A stretch of 41,081 nucleotides of DNA from a virus: positions 1-41,081 of the IMG/VR virus record IMGVR_UViG_3300048917_000111. One strand, written 5' to 3'. The translations under genes and the position numbers were made by a program. Shown here piece by piece: positions 22,531 through 30,776 of this stretch (position 1 is its first letter; each line of letters opens with the position of its first letter). Under the pieces are notes generated by a model. That model worked only from the letters and a program-made list of their open reading frames with translations. It made no database searches and was not told the DNA's origin.

Positions 22531-22565
22531 CCTAGCTAGGCGACGCGCCGAGGGCATAACAGGGC

Positions 22566-22594
22566 TTGCGTGATGTGGCCCTATCAGCTAAACT
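22566..22594 (+). promoter_or_regulatory. Promoter: TTGCGT-N17-TAAACT (scaffold/capsid)
   Basis: TTGCGT gatgtggccctatcagc TAAACT, 19 nt upstream of ATG 22614. Confidence 0.6.
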
Positions 22595-22613
22595 ACCCGA
22601 AAGGACAGCCGAC

Positions 22614-23171
22614 ATGGCTCCCGAACAGCAGGACAGCTCCACCGACGACACGTCGGGTCAGGAGCAGCAGGAAACCCAGGACCAGCAGCAGGCTCCCACT
22701 CCGGACAACGGAGGCAACGGAGAGCAGCAGCAGTCCGCACCGGCCGGAGAGCACATTCAGCTCCCGGACACTCACCCGCTGGTCAAGCAGCTCGCTGCGA
22801 ACAAGCAGAAGCTGGCCACCCAGGGCTCGGAGCTCCAGGAGCTTCGCGCTACCAGCAGGCGAGTGACCGAGCTGGAGACAGAGCTCAACGCTCGGCCCAC
22901 GCAGGAAGCGATCGATACGCTCCAGACCCGGTACGACCGGCTCGAGGCGTTTCTCATCGCAGCAGGCGGGGACCTCAGCACGGCACTCGACTCCCGGACG
23001 TTCACTCGTGAGCTGTTCGAGACCGACACCGACATCGCCCAGATCGTCAAGGACTGGCACAAGGCTCACCCCTCGGCCACATCCAAGGCACTTGGCTCCG
23101 GTGGGGCAGAACCCGCCGACAAGAAGCCCGACATGAACGAGCTCCTCCGAGCCGCGTTCAAGTCGCAGTAA
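22614..23171 (+). CDS. Capsid scaffolding protein
   Basis: Q/E-rich N-terminus and coiled-coil middle, directly upstream of the major capsid gene. RBS GAAAGGA. Confidence 0.7.
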   Translation: MAPEQQDSSTDDTSGQEQQETQDQQQAPTPDNGGNGEQQQSAPAGEHIQLPDTHPLVKQLAANKQKLATQGSELQELRATSRRVTELETELNARPTQEAIDTLQTRYDRLEAFLIAAGGDLSTALDSRTFTRELFETDTDIAQIVKDWHKAHPSATSKALGSGGAEPADKKPDMNELLRAAFKSQ

Positions 23172-23208
23172 CCATCCCGGCCGCGAGGCCAGAAAGGAGT
23201 CAGTTCCA

Positions 23209-24135
23209 ATGGCTGACATCTCCCGGGCCGATGCACTGGCCCTCCTGGCGCGCCAGGACCTCGACCAGATCGTCAACCCCGATCTGTCGCAGTCCGCAGC
23301 GCTCGCCAGCTTCCGAACCATCCGGATGAGCGCTGGTACGGCCTCCATGCCGGTGCTCGCGGCTCTGCCGACGGCTGGCTTCGTGACGGACGACGCCTCG
23401 ACCGACTCGACCGGCACCAAGCCGACCTCGAAGGTCTCGTGGCTCAACAAGAACCTCGTCGCCGAGGAGATCGCGGTGATCGTGCCGGTGCACGAGAACA
23501 CCATCGCGGACTCCCGCTTCGACATCTGGGGCGAGGTTCGCCCGCTCGTCTCGCAGGAGTTCGGTCGCGTTCTCGATGCCGCCATCTTCTTCGGCACGAA
23601 CAAGCCCGCGACCTGGACCGACCCGGCCCTGGTGCCCGGTGCCATCGCCGCTGGCAACACGGTCGAAGAGGGCAGCACGGTCGACCTCGCCGAGGACTTC
23701 AACGAGCTGTTCGGCCTCGTGGAGGACGACGAGTTCGACGTGAACGCCGCATTCACCGGTCGGTTCCTGCGTCGTCAGCTCCGCGGTCTCCGCGACGCCA
23801 ACGGCGACCCGATCTACCTGAACGGCCTCAAGAGCGACGGCTCGACCCCGTCGATCTATGGCCAGGACCTGTTCTACGTGACCAACCGGTCGTGGGACAA
23901 GACCAAGGCCATCGCGCTGGCGGGCGACCGCTCCAAGGTGGTCCTCGGCATCCGTGAGGATGTCCAGGTCAAGCTCCTCGACCAGGCCACCATCGGCGGC
24001 ATCAACCTCGCCGAGAAGGACATGGTCGCGCTGCGATTCAAGTTCCGTGTGGCCTTCGCCACGGCCTACAGCACGGCAGGCGGACAGACGACGGACTACC
24101 CGTTCGCCGTCATGACTCCGGACACGACCCCGTGA
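23209..24135 (+). CDS. Major capsid protein (HK97 fold)
   Basis: 308 aa, with position and sequence style typical of actinophage HK97-like MCPs. RBS GAAAGGAG. Confidence 0.85.
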   Translation: MADISRADALALLARQDLDQIVNPDLSQSAALASFRTIRMSAGTASMPVLAALPTAGFVTDDASTDSTGTKPTSKVSWLNKNLVAEEIAVIVPVHENTIADSRFDIWGEVRPLVSQEFGRVLDAAIFFGTNKPATWTDPALVPGAIAAGNTVEEGSTVDLAEDFNELFGLVEDDEFDVNAAFTGRFLRRQLRGLRDANGDPIYLNGLKSDGSTPSIYGQDLFYVTNRSWDKTKAIALAGDRSKVVLGIREDVQVKLLDQATIGGINLAEKDMVALRFKFRVAFATAYSTAGGQTTDYPFAVMTPDTTP

Positions 24136-24392
24136 GCGCCTACGGTCAGGACCGCGTGACCCAGGCCGCGTGGGACGCCCAGCGAGCCGAGCGCAAGAAG
24201 CAGGCCAAGAAGGACATGGCCGCTGCTGAGCGCAAGGCAGCCAAGGACCTCGAGAAGTCCCGAGGGGCAGCGAAGGTCGCGGAGATCAACCGCACCGACT
24301 ACCTCCCCGAGGGTGCCAACGAGCCCTTGACCGATCCGGAGGTCGAAGAGACCGCTCCGGAGACCAAGCCGGAAGATAAGACCGAGGCGTAA
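24132..24392 (+). CDS. Hypothetical Lys/Ala/Glu-rich protein (86 aa)
   Basis: GTG start overlapping the MCP stop (GTGA). Confidence 0.55.
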   Translation: MSAYGQDRVTQAAWDAQRAERKKQAKKDMAAAERKAAKDLEKSRGAAKVAEINRTDYLPEGANEPLTDPEVEETAPETKPEDKTEA

Positions 24393-24402
24393 GCCTCATG
24401 AC

Positions 24403-24436
24403 GAGGGGCAGGGTGGGATTGCCTGCCCTGCCCCTC
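24403..24436 (+). terminator. 11-bp stem-loop after the capsid genes
   Basis: GAGGGGCAGGG (24403-24413) pairs with CCCTGCCCCTC (24426-24436). Confidence 0.6.
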
Positions 24437-24458
24437 ATCGGCATCTAAGGAGGATGAC

Positions 24459-24881
24459 ATGGCCGCTATCGACGACCTCAACGAGCTGCTTCAGGGTCTG
24501 CCTGGCTACGCTCTCCTCACCGACAACATGAAGCAGGCCGCTCTCGCCGGTTCGCTGATCCCCGACTCCAATGGAGTGTGGCCTGGACAGCCTGGATACC
24601 AGCCGACGTACGACATCTACTTCGCAGCAGTCAACCTCTGCACTTTCCTGCAGGCTCAGCCTGTCATCCGTTCTTCGTCCTCAGAGGGCTCCAGCGTCAG
24701 CGTTGACGCCCCCAATTGGGATGCCCTACTGAACTACTACCGGTCGCAGTCGCCGATCTGTGCTGCGACCGGTAGCACCATCCTGCAGAAGATCAGCATT
24801 CCGGACGGACCTCACGTGGTCCACGTCCCCATGGAGGTCCCGTCGGAGGTGTATGGCGATGTCGATACTGACGTCAGCTGA
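24459..24881 (+). CDS. Head-to-tail adaptor/connector protein (putative)
   Basis: 140 aa, first gene after the capsid terminator. RBS AAGGAGG. Confidence 0.6.
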   Translation: MAAIDDLNELLQGLPGYALLTDNMKQAALAGSLIPDSNGVWPGQPGYQPTYDIYFAAVNLCTFLQAQPVIRSSSSEGSSVSVDAPNWDALLNYYRSQSPICAATGSTILQKISIPDGPHVVHVPMEVPSEVYGDVDTDVS

Positions 24882-25248
24882 CGCAGCGGCTCTCCTCGAG
24901 ACCCAGCTGGATGATGAGATCAGCATCTATAGCGTCGGTGCCCCGGTCACTACGGGGATCCACGTAACCAAGCCTCTGACGCTGTTGGCCGAGGGTATCC
25001 CAGCCCTCGCCCAGACGACGACTCTGGCCAACGCGGTCGAGTCTCGAGTCGACAGCGTCTACTCGGTGAAAGTGGCTCGGGGCACCGACCTCGAGGCTGG
25101 AATGGTGGTCGAGATCACCAAGGCTGTCACGGAACCCAACCTCCAGGGCAAGAAGCTTCTGCTGGACAAGGTCAACGTCGGCAACATCTCGAAGGCCATC
25201 GCGGCCGACTGGGTGGTCGTCAACCAGGAAGGCAAGGAGGGATTCTGA
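24853..25248 (+). CDS. Head-tail connector / head closure protein (putative)
   Basis: Assigned by position. The start is ATG 24853 or 24859 (GGAGG upstream) and overlaps the previous gene. Confidence 0.5.
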   Translation: MAMSILTSADAAALLETQLDDEISIYSVGAPVTTGIHVTKPLTLLAEGIPALAQTTTLANAVESRVDSVYSVKVARGTDLEAGMVVEITKAVTEPNLQGKKLLLDKVNVGNISKAIAADWVVVNQEGKEGF

Positions 25249-25595
25249 TGAGCATCACGATGTCCGAGCTGGCTTCCAAGTACAAGCGCGCTGCGACTCA
25301 GGTAGACCCGGCCACACGACAGGCCCTCGACACTCTGGCTCAGGTCGGTGTTGGCTACGTGAAGACCGAGATCCAGAACATGCACGCGGTGGACACTGGC
25401 ACGATGCTGAACAGCACCACCAGCCAGAACGTCAACAAGACCACGTACCTGATCGGCCCGACGGTCGACTACGCAGTGTATGTGGCCCTGGGGACCAGCC
25501 GGATGCGCGCCCGACCCTTCCACAAGGTCGCAGCCAAGCGACTGCAGGGAGCCATCAACCAGGGCAACATCCTGAAGGACATCGGTCTCGCATGA
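25248..25595 (+). CDS. HK97 gp10-like head-tail joining protein
   Basis: VDTGTMLNST ... VDYAVYVALGTSRMRARPF matches the gp10-family signature. Confidence 0.75.
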   Translation: MSITMSELASKYKRAATQVDPATRQALDTLAQVGVGYVKTEIQNMHAVDTGTMLNSTTSQNVNKTTYLIGPTVDYAVYVALGTSRMRARPFHKVAAKRLQGAINQGNILKDIGLA

Positions 25596-25948
25596 ACCTC
25601 GAAGATGTCACGAACCTACTCGACAGCCTGGACTGTCCCTCGTACGAGGGATATGCGCCCACTGGAGCCAGGGTTCCGTATGTGGTGGCGCGGCCTCAGA
25701 TCATGGATCACGAGGAACTCGTGGCCATCACTGGGGATGCCGTCGCCTGGAACAACGAGATGTACCTCTACGCCTGTGGAGGCTCGGTGTCGGCCTCGTA
25801 CAACCTCGCCGTCCAGGTGATGGGCATTCTGCAGGGTGCTAGGCTCGAGGGCAGCACCCTCGACACCACGATGGGCTACGCAGGAGCCTCCGTTGAGGGG
25901 CACTACGAGTCTCAGATCACCGTCCAGAAACACCAAGGAGGACTCTAG
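25592..25948 (+). CDS. Tail terminator / tail completion protein (putative)
   Basis: Position upstream of the major tail gene. ATGA overlap. Confidence 0.55.
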   Translation: MNLEDVTNLLDSLDCPSYEGYAPTGARVPYVVARPQIMDHEELVAITGDAVAWNNEMYLYACGGSVSASYNLAVQVMGILQGARLEGSTLDTTMGYAGASVEGHYESQITVQKHQGGL

Positions 25949-25949
25949 A

Positions 25950-26258
25950 ATGGCTGGCATGATCGTCGACCACAAGGAGCACGGAATCCGGTACGCGGTC
26001 TCCGAGCGCAACTACAATCCGGAAATCCACGAGTTCGTCCGGGACATGCTCCCGGGGGAGACCACCCAGGGCTACCGCCCGCGACCCAAGGGCTCGTTGG
26101 GTGGCCAGGCAAGTGCCCCGGCTACCCAAGGCGCTGCTGGCGACCAGGCGACCGACCTCAGCGACCAGGGCGAGGACATCCCGGAGACCAACGAACCCAA
26201 CCAAGCCGAGGGGACCTCAACCGGGGTCTCTGAGGACGCCATCACGGAAGGAAACTGA
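25950..26258 (+). CDS. Hypothetical protein (102 aa)
   Basis: RBS AAGGAGG plus ATG 25950 (MAGMIVDHKEHG). Confidence 0.55.
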   Translation: MAGMIVDHKEHGIRYAVSERNYNPEIHEFVRDMLPGETTQGYRPRPKGSLGGQASAPATQGAAGDQATDLSDQGEDIPETNEPNQAEGTSTGVSEDAITEGN

Positions 26259-26259
26259 C

Positions 26260-26754
26260 ATGGCACTCACCCAGTGGAACCCCTCGACGCAGATCAGTCG
26301 CGGGAACATCAGCGTCGGGGTCGCCCCCGTCGTCGTCGACATCAACGGTCCGGCTCTCGCAGAGCTCAGCACCGGTCTCGGCCTCGACTGCTCGATCACG
26401 ACGTTCAACGGAACCAGCAGCACCGACTCCGAGTCGGTCGACTGGCTCTGCGACCCTGCCTCGGAGCAGATCCCCGGCAGCACGACCCACACCATCGACG
26501 ACCTCGTCATCAAGGGCACCGGTCAGGGCGACGACGACCTCGTCTCCGGCCTGGCAGTCGGCGATGTCGTGTACGTGTGGCGTCGCGACGGTCTCCCCCA
26601 CGACGACGCGCTGGCCGCTGGTCAGTTCGTCTGGGTCTGGAAGGCCATCGTGACCTCCATCGACCCGCTCGAGGCGAACAACACGTTCGTCGGCATCACC
26701 GCCCACATCACCGTCCTGGCCCGCTCGGACCAGGCCGTCGCCATCGCAGCCTGA
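26260..26754 (+). CDS. Major tail protein (putative)
   Basis: 164 aa, immediately upstream of the chaperone pair and tape measure. Start at ATG 26260. Confidence 0.65.
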   Translation: MALTQWNPSTQISRGNISVGVAPVVVDINGPALAELSTGLGLDCSITTFNGTSSTDSESVDWLCDPASEQIPGSTTHTIDDLVIKGTGQGDDDLVSGLAVGDVVYVWRRDGLPHDDALAAGQFVWVWKAIVTSIDPLEANNTFVGITAHITVLARSDQAVAIAA

Positions 26755-26784
26755 CCCGCTGCTCAAGCCAAGGAGACAGAAGAC

Positions 26785-27354
26785 ATGGCATTCAACACAC
26801 TCGATGAGCTGAAGGCAGCAGTCGAAGAGCGTCGCAAGGACACCCTGACCCTCGAGGTCGACATGGGAGCCTCCTACTCTCCGGAGTACGAGGAAGCCAA
26901 GCAGGAGCTGGAACAGGCTCGTGCGATGAAGTCGATCCTCGGTGGTCAGGAGTTCCTCGGCGACAACATCGGACCCCTCGAAGACCGTGTGCGCCAGCTG
27001 AAGCCGGAGCCGAACTCCATCTGGATTCGGTACCGGAAGCTGGACCTTGGTGAGTGGTCCGCGCTCGTCTCGGCAGTGAACCTCAACACTCCCATCGCAC
27101 AGTACGAGAAGGTGCTCCCGAAGACCTTCGTCGGTGTGTGGGGTACCGACCCGTCTCGTCCCGACGACCTCCCTGAGGATGTCGAGTGGGTCGAGCCGGA
27201 GCCGCTCTCCACGGATGCCAGCCTCCTGTCCTCCAAGGGACTCAACGGGATTCTGCCCGGTGGGGCGCTGCATTCGGTCGTGCAGAGCTTCATGGCCTGG
27301 CAGAACAGCGGCGGAGACGTTACGATCCGCCCTACGAAATCGGGCCGCGTCTAG
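26785..27354 (+). CDS. Tail assembly chaperone
   Basis: Position directly upstream of the tape measure. Its 3' end is overlapped by a -1 frame ORF. Confidence 0.7.
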   Translation: MAFNTLDELKAAVEERRKDTLTLEVDMGASYSPEYEEAKQELEQARAMKSILGGQEFLGDNIGPLEDRVRQLKPEPNSIWIRYRKLDLGEWSALVSAVNLNTPIAQYEKVLPKTFVGVWGTDPSRPDDLPEDVEWVEPEPLSTDASLLSSKGLNGILPGGALHSVVQSFMAWQNSGGDVTIRPTKSGRV

Positions 27355-27749
27355 CCCTGCTGCTGGATATGGCCCTGGTGTCGGGGCGCTCCCCGGTTCG
27401 CCTCCTTGACGAGGAGAGCCCCGACACCTGGTCTGAGCTCGATCTAGAGGTCGTGTCTCAGTGGAAAACGATGAAGGAGGTCAGGTGCCCCGGATGCGGA
27501 CGCCCGCTATCCCAGCACCTGTACAACTCAAGACTCGGTAGAGAAGAGACGGTCGAGGACTATACGCCTTGGTCTCTCGAGTGTCCGGCTCAGCAGGCTA
27601 TCGCGCTGGGTCAGGATATGTGGCACTCGGCGAACAAGTCAGCGATCGACGCTTACAACTCCGGCAGGGGACCTGACCCATCGATGGGTATCCTCTGGCT
27701 CGCACAGGGCTACGGAGAGTCTCTACCGCAATCAGACGAACACATCTAG
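27186..27749 (+). CDS. -1 frame ORF overlapping the chaperone 3' end: candidate frameshift extension, or an independent gene from ATG 27369
   Basis: Frame is -1 relative to 26785..27354 and stays open across the overlap. I found no canonical XXXYYYZ heptamer. It contains CPGCG ... ECP. Confidence 0.45.
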   Translation: MGRAGAALHGCQPPVLQGTQRDSARWGAAFGRAELHGLAEQRRRRYDPPYEIGPRLALLLDMALVSGRSPVRLLDEESPDTWSELDLEVVSQWKTMKEVRCPGCGRPLSQHLYNSRLGREETVEDYTPWSLECPAQQAIALGQDMWHSANKSAIDAYNSGRGPDPSMGILWLAQGYGESLPQSDEHI

Positions 27750-27761
27750 GAGGAGGACGGC

Positions 27762-30700
27762 ATGGCCAGCGAAGACGTCAAGATCAAGGTCTCGCTCGAC
27801 GGTGCTGACCAGGTCTCGAAGGGCCTCAACGGCATCGGCGACAGTGCCGACAAGTCCGACTCCAAGGTCAGCAAGCTGGTCAGTGGCGGACTCAAGGGTG
27901 CTGGTACGGCACTGCTCGGGTTCGCCACTGCCGCTGTCGCAGCCGGTGGAGCACTGGCAGCCGGTGTCCTGAACCAGTCCGCTCAGTACGAGCAGAACAT
28001 CGGTGGCATCGAGACGATGTTCGGGACTGCCGCCTCGAAGATGGAGAAGTACGCAGCCGACGCGTACAAGACCGCCGGACTGAGCTCGAACGAGTACATG
28101 TCCCAGGTGACGAGCTTCTCCGCAGCACTGCTCCAGGGTCTGGGTGGCGACACGAACAAGGCTGCAGATGTGGCCAACCGAGCGATGACGGACATGTCCG
28201 ACAACGCGAACAAGTTCGGCTCGAACATCGGCGACATCCAGAACGCCTATCAGGGCTTCGCGAAGCAGAACTTCACGATGCTCGACAACCTGAAGCTCGG
28301 GTATGGCGGAACCGCCTCCGAGATGGCTCGACTGGTGAACGACTCTGGGGTCATGGGATCCTCGTTCACGGCCACAGCACAGAACATCAACAGCGTCTCG
28401 TACGACAAGATCATTGCCGCCATTGGCAAGGTCCAGGACAAGATGGGCATCACTGGCACGACTGCCAAGGAGGCCGCTTCCACCATCTCCGGGTCTGTCG
28501 ACTCGATGAAGGGTGCCTGGGCGAACCTGCTGGCAGGCCTCGGTCGCTCGGACGCCGACGTGGCAGCACTGTCGGCCAACGTGATCGACTCGCTCCAGAC
28601 GGTCCTGAAGAACGTCACCCCGGTCATCACCAACATCGGTAACAACATCGCTACGCTCGGGCCGAAGCTGGGGGAGATGGCTCAGTCGCTGATCAGCGCT
28701 GTCGCCTCCGCCATCCCGGCCGTTCTGTCTGCTGGTGTGGCCCTCGTGACAGGGCTCCTCCAGGGCATCATCTCAGCGCTCCCCTCGCTCGTTACTGCCC
28801 TGGTGCCAGGGGTTGTACAGATGATCTCCTCTCTGGCGACCATCCTGCCTCTCCTGGTGACCGCTGGCGGACAAGCCGTGGCAGCACTGGTCCAGGGTCT
28901 CGCTGCTGCTGCTCCCACGCTCATCCCGACCATTATCCAGGGCATCATGGGGATGATCCAGGCGCTGGTCGACGTTCTGCCCATGCTCCTGCAGGCTGGT
29001 CTCCAGCTCGTCATCGGGCTCGTCCAGGGTCTGCTCGCCGCCATCCCGGTGCTCGTCGCAGCTCTGCCTCAGCTCATCACAAGCATCCTGAACTTCATCG
29101 TCAGTGCTATCCCCATGCTGATTCAGGCTGGTATCCAGCTCCTGACGGCACTGATCACAGCCCTGCCTACCATCATCACGACCATCGTGTCGGTACTGCC
29201 TCAGATCATCCAGAGCATCGTGACAGCGGTCATCGGTGCCATCCCGATGCTGATCCAGGCGGGTATCTCTCTGCTGACAGCGCTCATCAAGGCGCTCCCG
29301 ACGATCATTAACACGATCGTGGCAGCACTCCCCAAGATCATCGTCGCGATCGTCAACGCGCTGGCCAACGCCATCCCTCAGCTGATCAACGCTGGTATCC
29401 AGCTGATCACGGCCATCGTGAAGAACCTGCCTGCCATCATCGCAGGGATCGTCAAGGCCGTACCTGCCATCATCACCGGCCTGGTGAACGCCATCGTGAA
29501 GTCGGCTCCTCAGCTCGCAGCCGCCGGTCTCAACCTCGTTCAGGGTCTGTGGCAGGGCATCTCGAACGCTACTAGCTGGCTGATGGGCATGGTCGGTGGC
29601 TGGGTCGACGGTATCGTGGGCGGCATCAAGGGCCTCCTCGGTATCCACTCGCCCTCGACGGTCATGGCCGAGATCGGTAAGTACACTGTCCAGGGCTTCG
29701 CCAAGGGCATCAAGGGCACGGCCTACCAGGCAACCCAGGCGGTCGACTCGCTCACGAAGAAGATCCGGGACGCCATGTCCAAGAAGATCATCTCCAAGAG
29801 CCGTGGCAACGCAGCCATCGACGACATCAACACCCAGACCAAGAAGATCCAGAAGGCCATCACCGACCGGTCCAAGGTCCTGGACAAGCTGAAGGACGCT
29901 CAGGACAAGCTCGCAGCCATCCAGAAGCAGCGCACCGACAAGATTTCCTCCGTCCAGGGTTCCGTCGTCGGTTCGGTGGATGTGGCCGACTACAAGACGC
30001 TCGACGAGGCCAAGAAGGCCATGAAGGACCAGATCGCGGCCGTCGCAGCGTTCAAGAAGAAGCTCGACACGCTGCAGAAGGAGGGTCTGGACGACACGTC
30101 CCGCGACAGTCTCCTGAATCAGTTCCTGCAGAACGGAGACACCACGATGGCCGACCAGCTCCTGGCAGGCGGGAAGTCCGCCGTCAAGGAGTTCGCAGGC
30201 CTCCAGAGCCAGCTCTCCGCTCAGGGCAAGTCGCTCGGCACGCTGGTCGCCAACGACATGTACAATGCAGGCATCCAGACCGCTGCTGGCCTCGTCAAGG
30301 GACTGCAGTCGCAGCAGAAGAACCTCGACAAGGTGGCACAGAGCCTGGCAGCCAGCCTGGTCAAGTCCGTGAAGAAGGAACTGAAGATCAAGTCGCCGTC
30401 GCAGGTGTTCCGTGATGAGATCGGTAAGATGATCCCCGCTGGCATCGGTGTCGGCGTGGACCAGAGCGCTTCGCTGGCCATCCAGCCGGTTCAGTCGCTG
30501 ACCACCCAGCTCGTGACCACGGCTCAGACAGGGCTCACCCCTGCCTCGATGCCCATGTCGCTCACGGCCACACCGACTCAGAATGGCCCGATCAACGTCG
30601 AGGCAGCGCTCGACACCGACGCGCTGACCAACTCCATCATCCAGGGGATGAACTCGATGAAGGTCGATCCGGCCGCTCAGGCTACCGTGTCGGACGCCAG

Positions 30701-30776
30701 CATCAAGAAGATGACCGTAGCAATCGTCAACGCAATCCGCGTTCAGAGCCGTCAGGGGGTGAGCGTCCTTGGCTAG
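27762..30776 (+). CDS. Tape measure protein
   Basis: 1004 aa. Hydrophobic repeat core and coiled-coil C-terminal half. Canonical position. Confidence 0.92.
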   Translation: MASEDVKIKVSLDGADQVSKGLNGIGDSADKSDSKVSKLVSGGLKGAGTALLGFATAAVAAGGALAAGVLNQSAQYEQNIGGIETMFGTAASKMEKYAADAYKTAGLSSNEYMSQVTSFSAALLQGLGGDTNKAADVANRAMTDMSDNANKFGSNIGDIQNAYQGFAKQNFTMLDNLKLGYGGTASEMARLVNDSGVMGSSFTATAQNINSVSYDKIIAAIGKVQDKMGITGTTAKEAASTISGSVDSMKGAWANLLAGLGRSDADVAALSANVIDSLQTVLKNVTPVITNIGNNIATLGPKLGEMAQSLISAVASAIPAVLSAGVALVTGLLQGIISALPSLVTALVPGVVQMISSLATILPLLVTAGGQAVAALVQGLAAAAPTLIPTIIQGIMGMIQALVDVLPMLLQAGLQLVIGLVQGLLAAIPVLVAALPQLITSILNFIVSAIPMLIQAGIQLLTALITALPTIITTIVSVLPQIIQSIVTAVIGAIPMLIQAGISLLTALIKALPTIINTIVAALPKIIVAIVNALANAIPQLINAGIQLITAIVKNLPAIIAGIVKAVPAIITGLVNAIVKSAPQLAAAGLNLVQGLWQGISNATSWLMGMVGGWVDGIVGGIKGLLGIHSPSTVMAEIGKYTVQGFAKGIKGTAYQATQAVDSLTKKIRDAMSKKIISKSRGNAAIDDINTQTKKIQKAITDRSKVLDKLKDAQDKLAAIQKQRTDKISSVQGSVVGSVDVADYKTLDEAKKAMKDQIAAVAAFKKKLDTLQKEGLDDTSRDSLLNQFLQNGDTTMADQLLAGGKSAVKEFAGLQSQLSAQGKSLGTLVANDMYNAGIQTAAGLVKGLQSQQKNLDKVAQSLAASLVKSVKKELKIKSPSQVFRDEIGKMIPAGIGVGVDQSASLAIQPVQSLTTQLVTTAQTGLTPASMPMSLTATPTQNGPINVEAALDTDALTNSIIQGMNSMKVDPAAQATVSDASIKKMTVAIVNAIRVQSRQGVSVLG
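28974..29633 (+). repeat. Five tandem 132-nt (44-aa) repeats inside the tape measure gene
   Basis: Unit starts at 28974, 29106, 29238, 29370 and 29502. Protein units look like AIPMLIQAGIQLLTALIxALPTIIxTIVxxLPxII. Confidence 0.8.

Noticed and set aside
24417-24446. Promoter-like TTGCCT-N17-CATCTA inside or after the capsid terminator hairpin.
   Set aside because: The -10 is poor and lacks the terminal T. A start site there would fall inside the Shine-Dalgarno of the next gene, leaving neither a leader nor a leaderless ATG.
26785-27354. Assigning a definite slippery site for the chaperone frameshift.
   Set aside because: No XXXYYYZ heptamer could be read in the overlap, so I left it as an open question rather than inventing a site.
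28974-29633. Periodic repeats (tape measure gene) and the trinucleotide tract (300..700) as a possible CRISPR array or satellite.
   Set aside because: The repeats are in frame and protein-coding with diverged units. There is no repeat-spacer structure and there are no cas genes.
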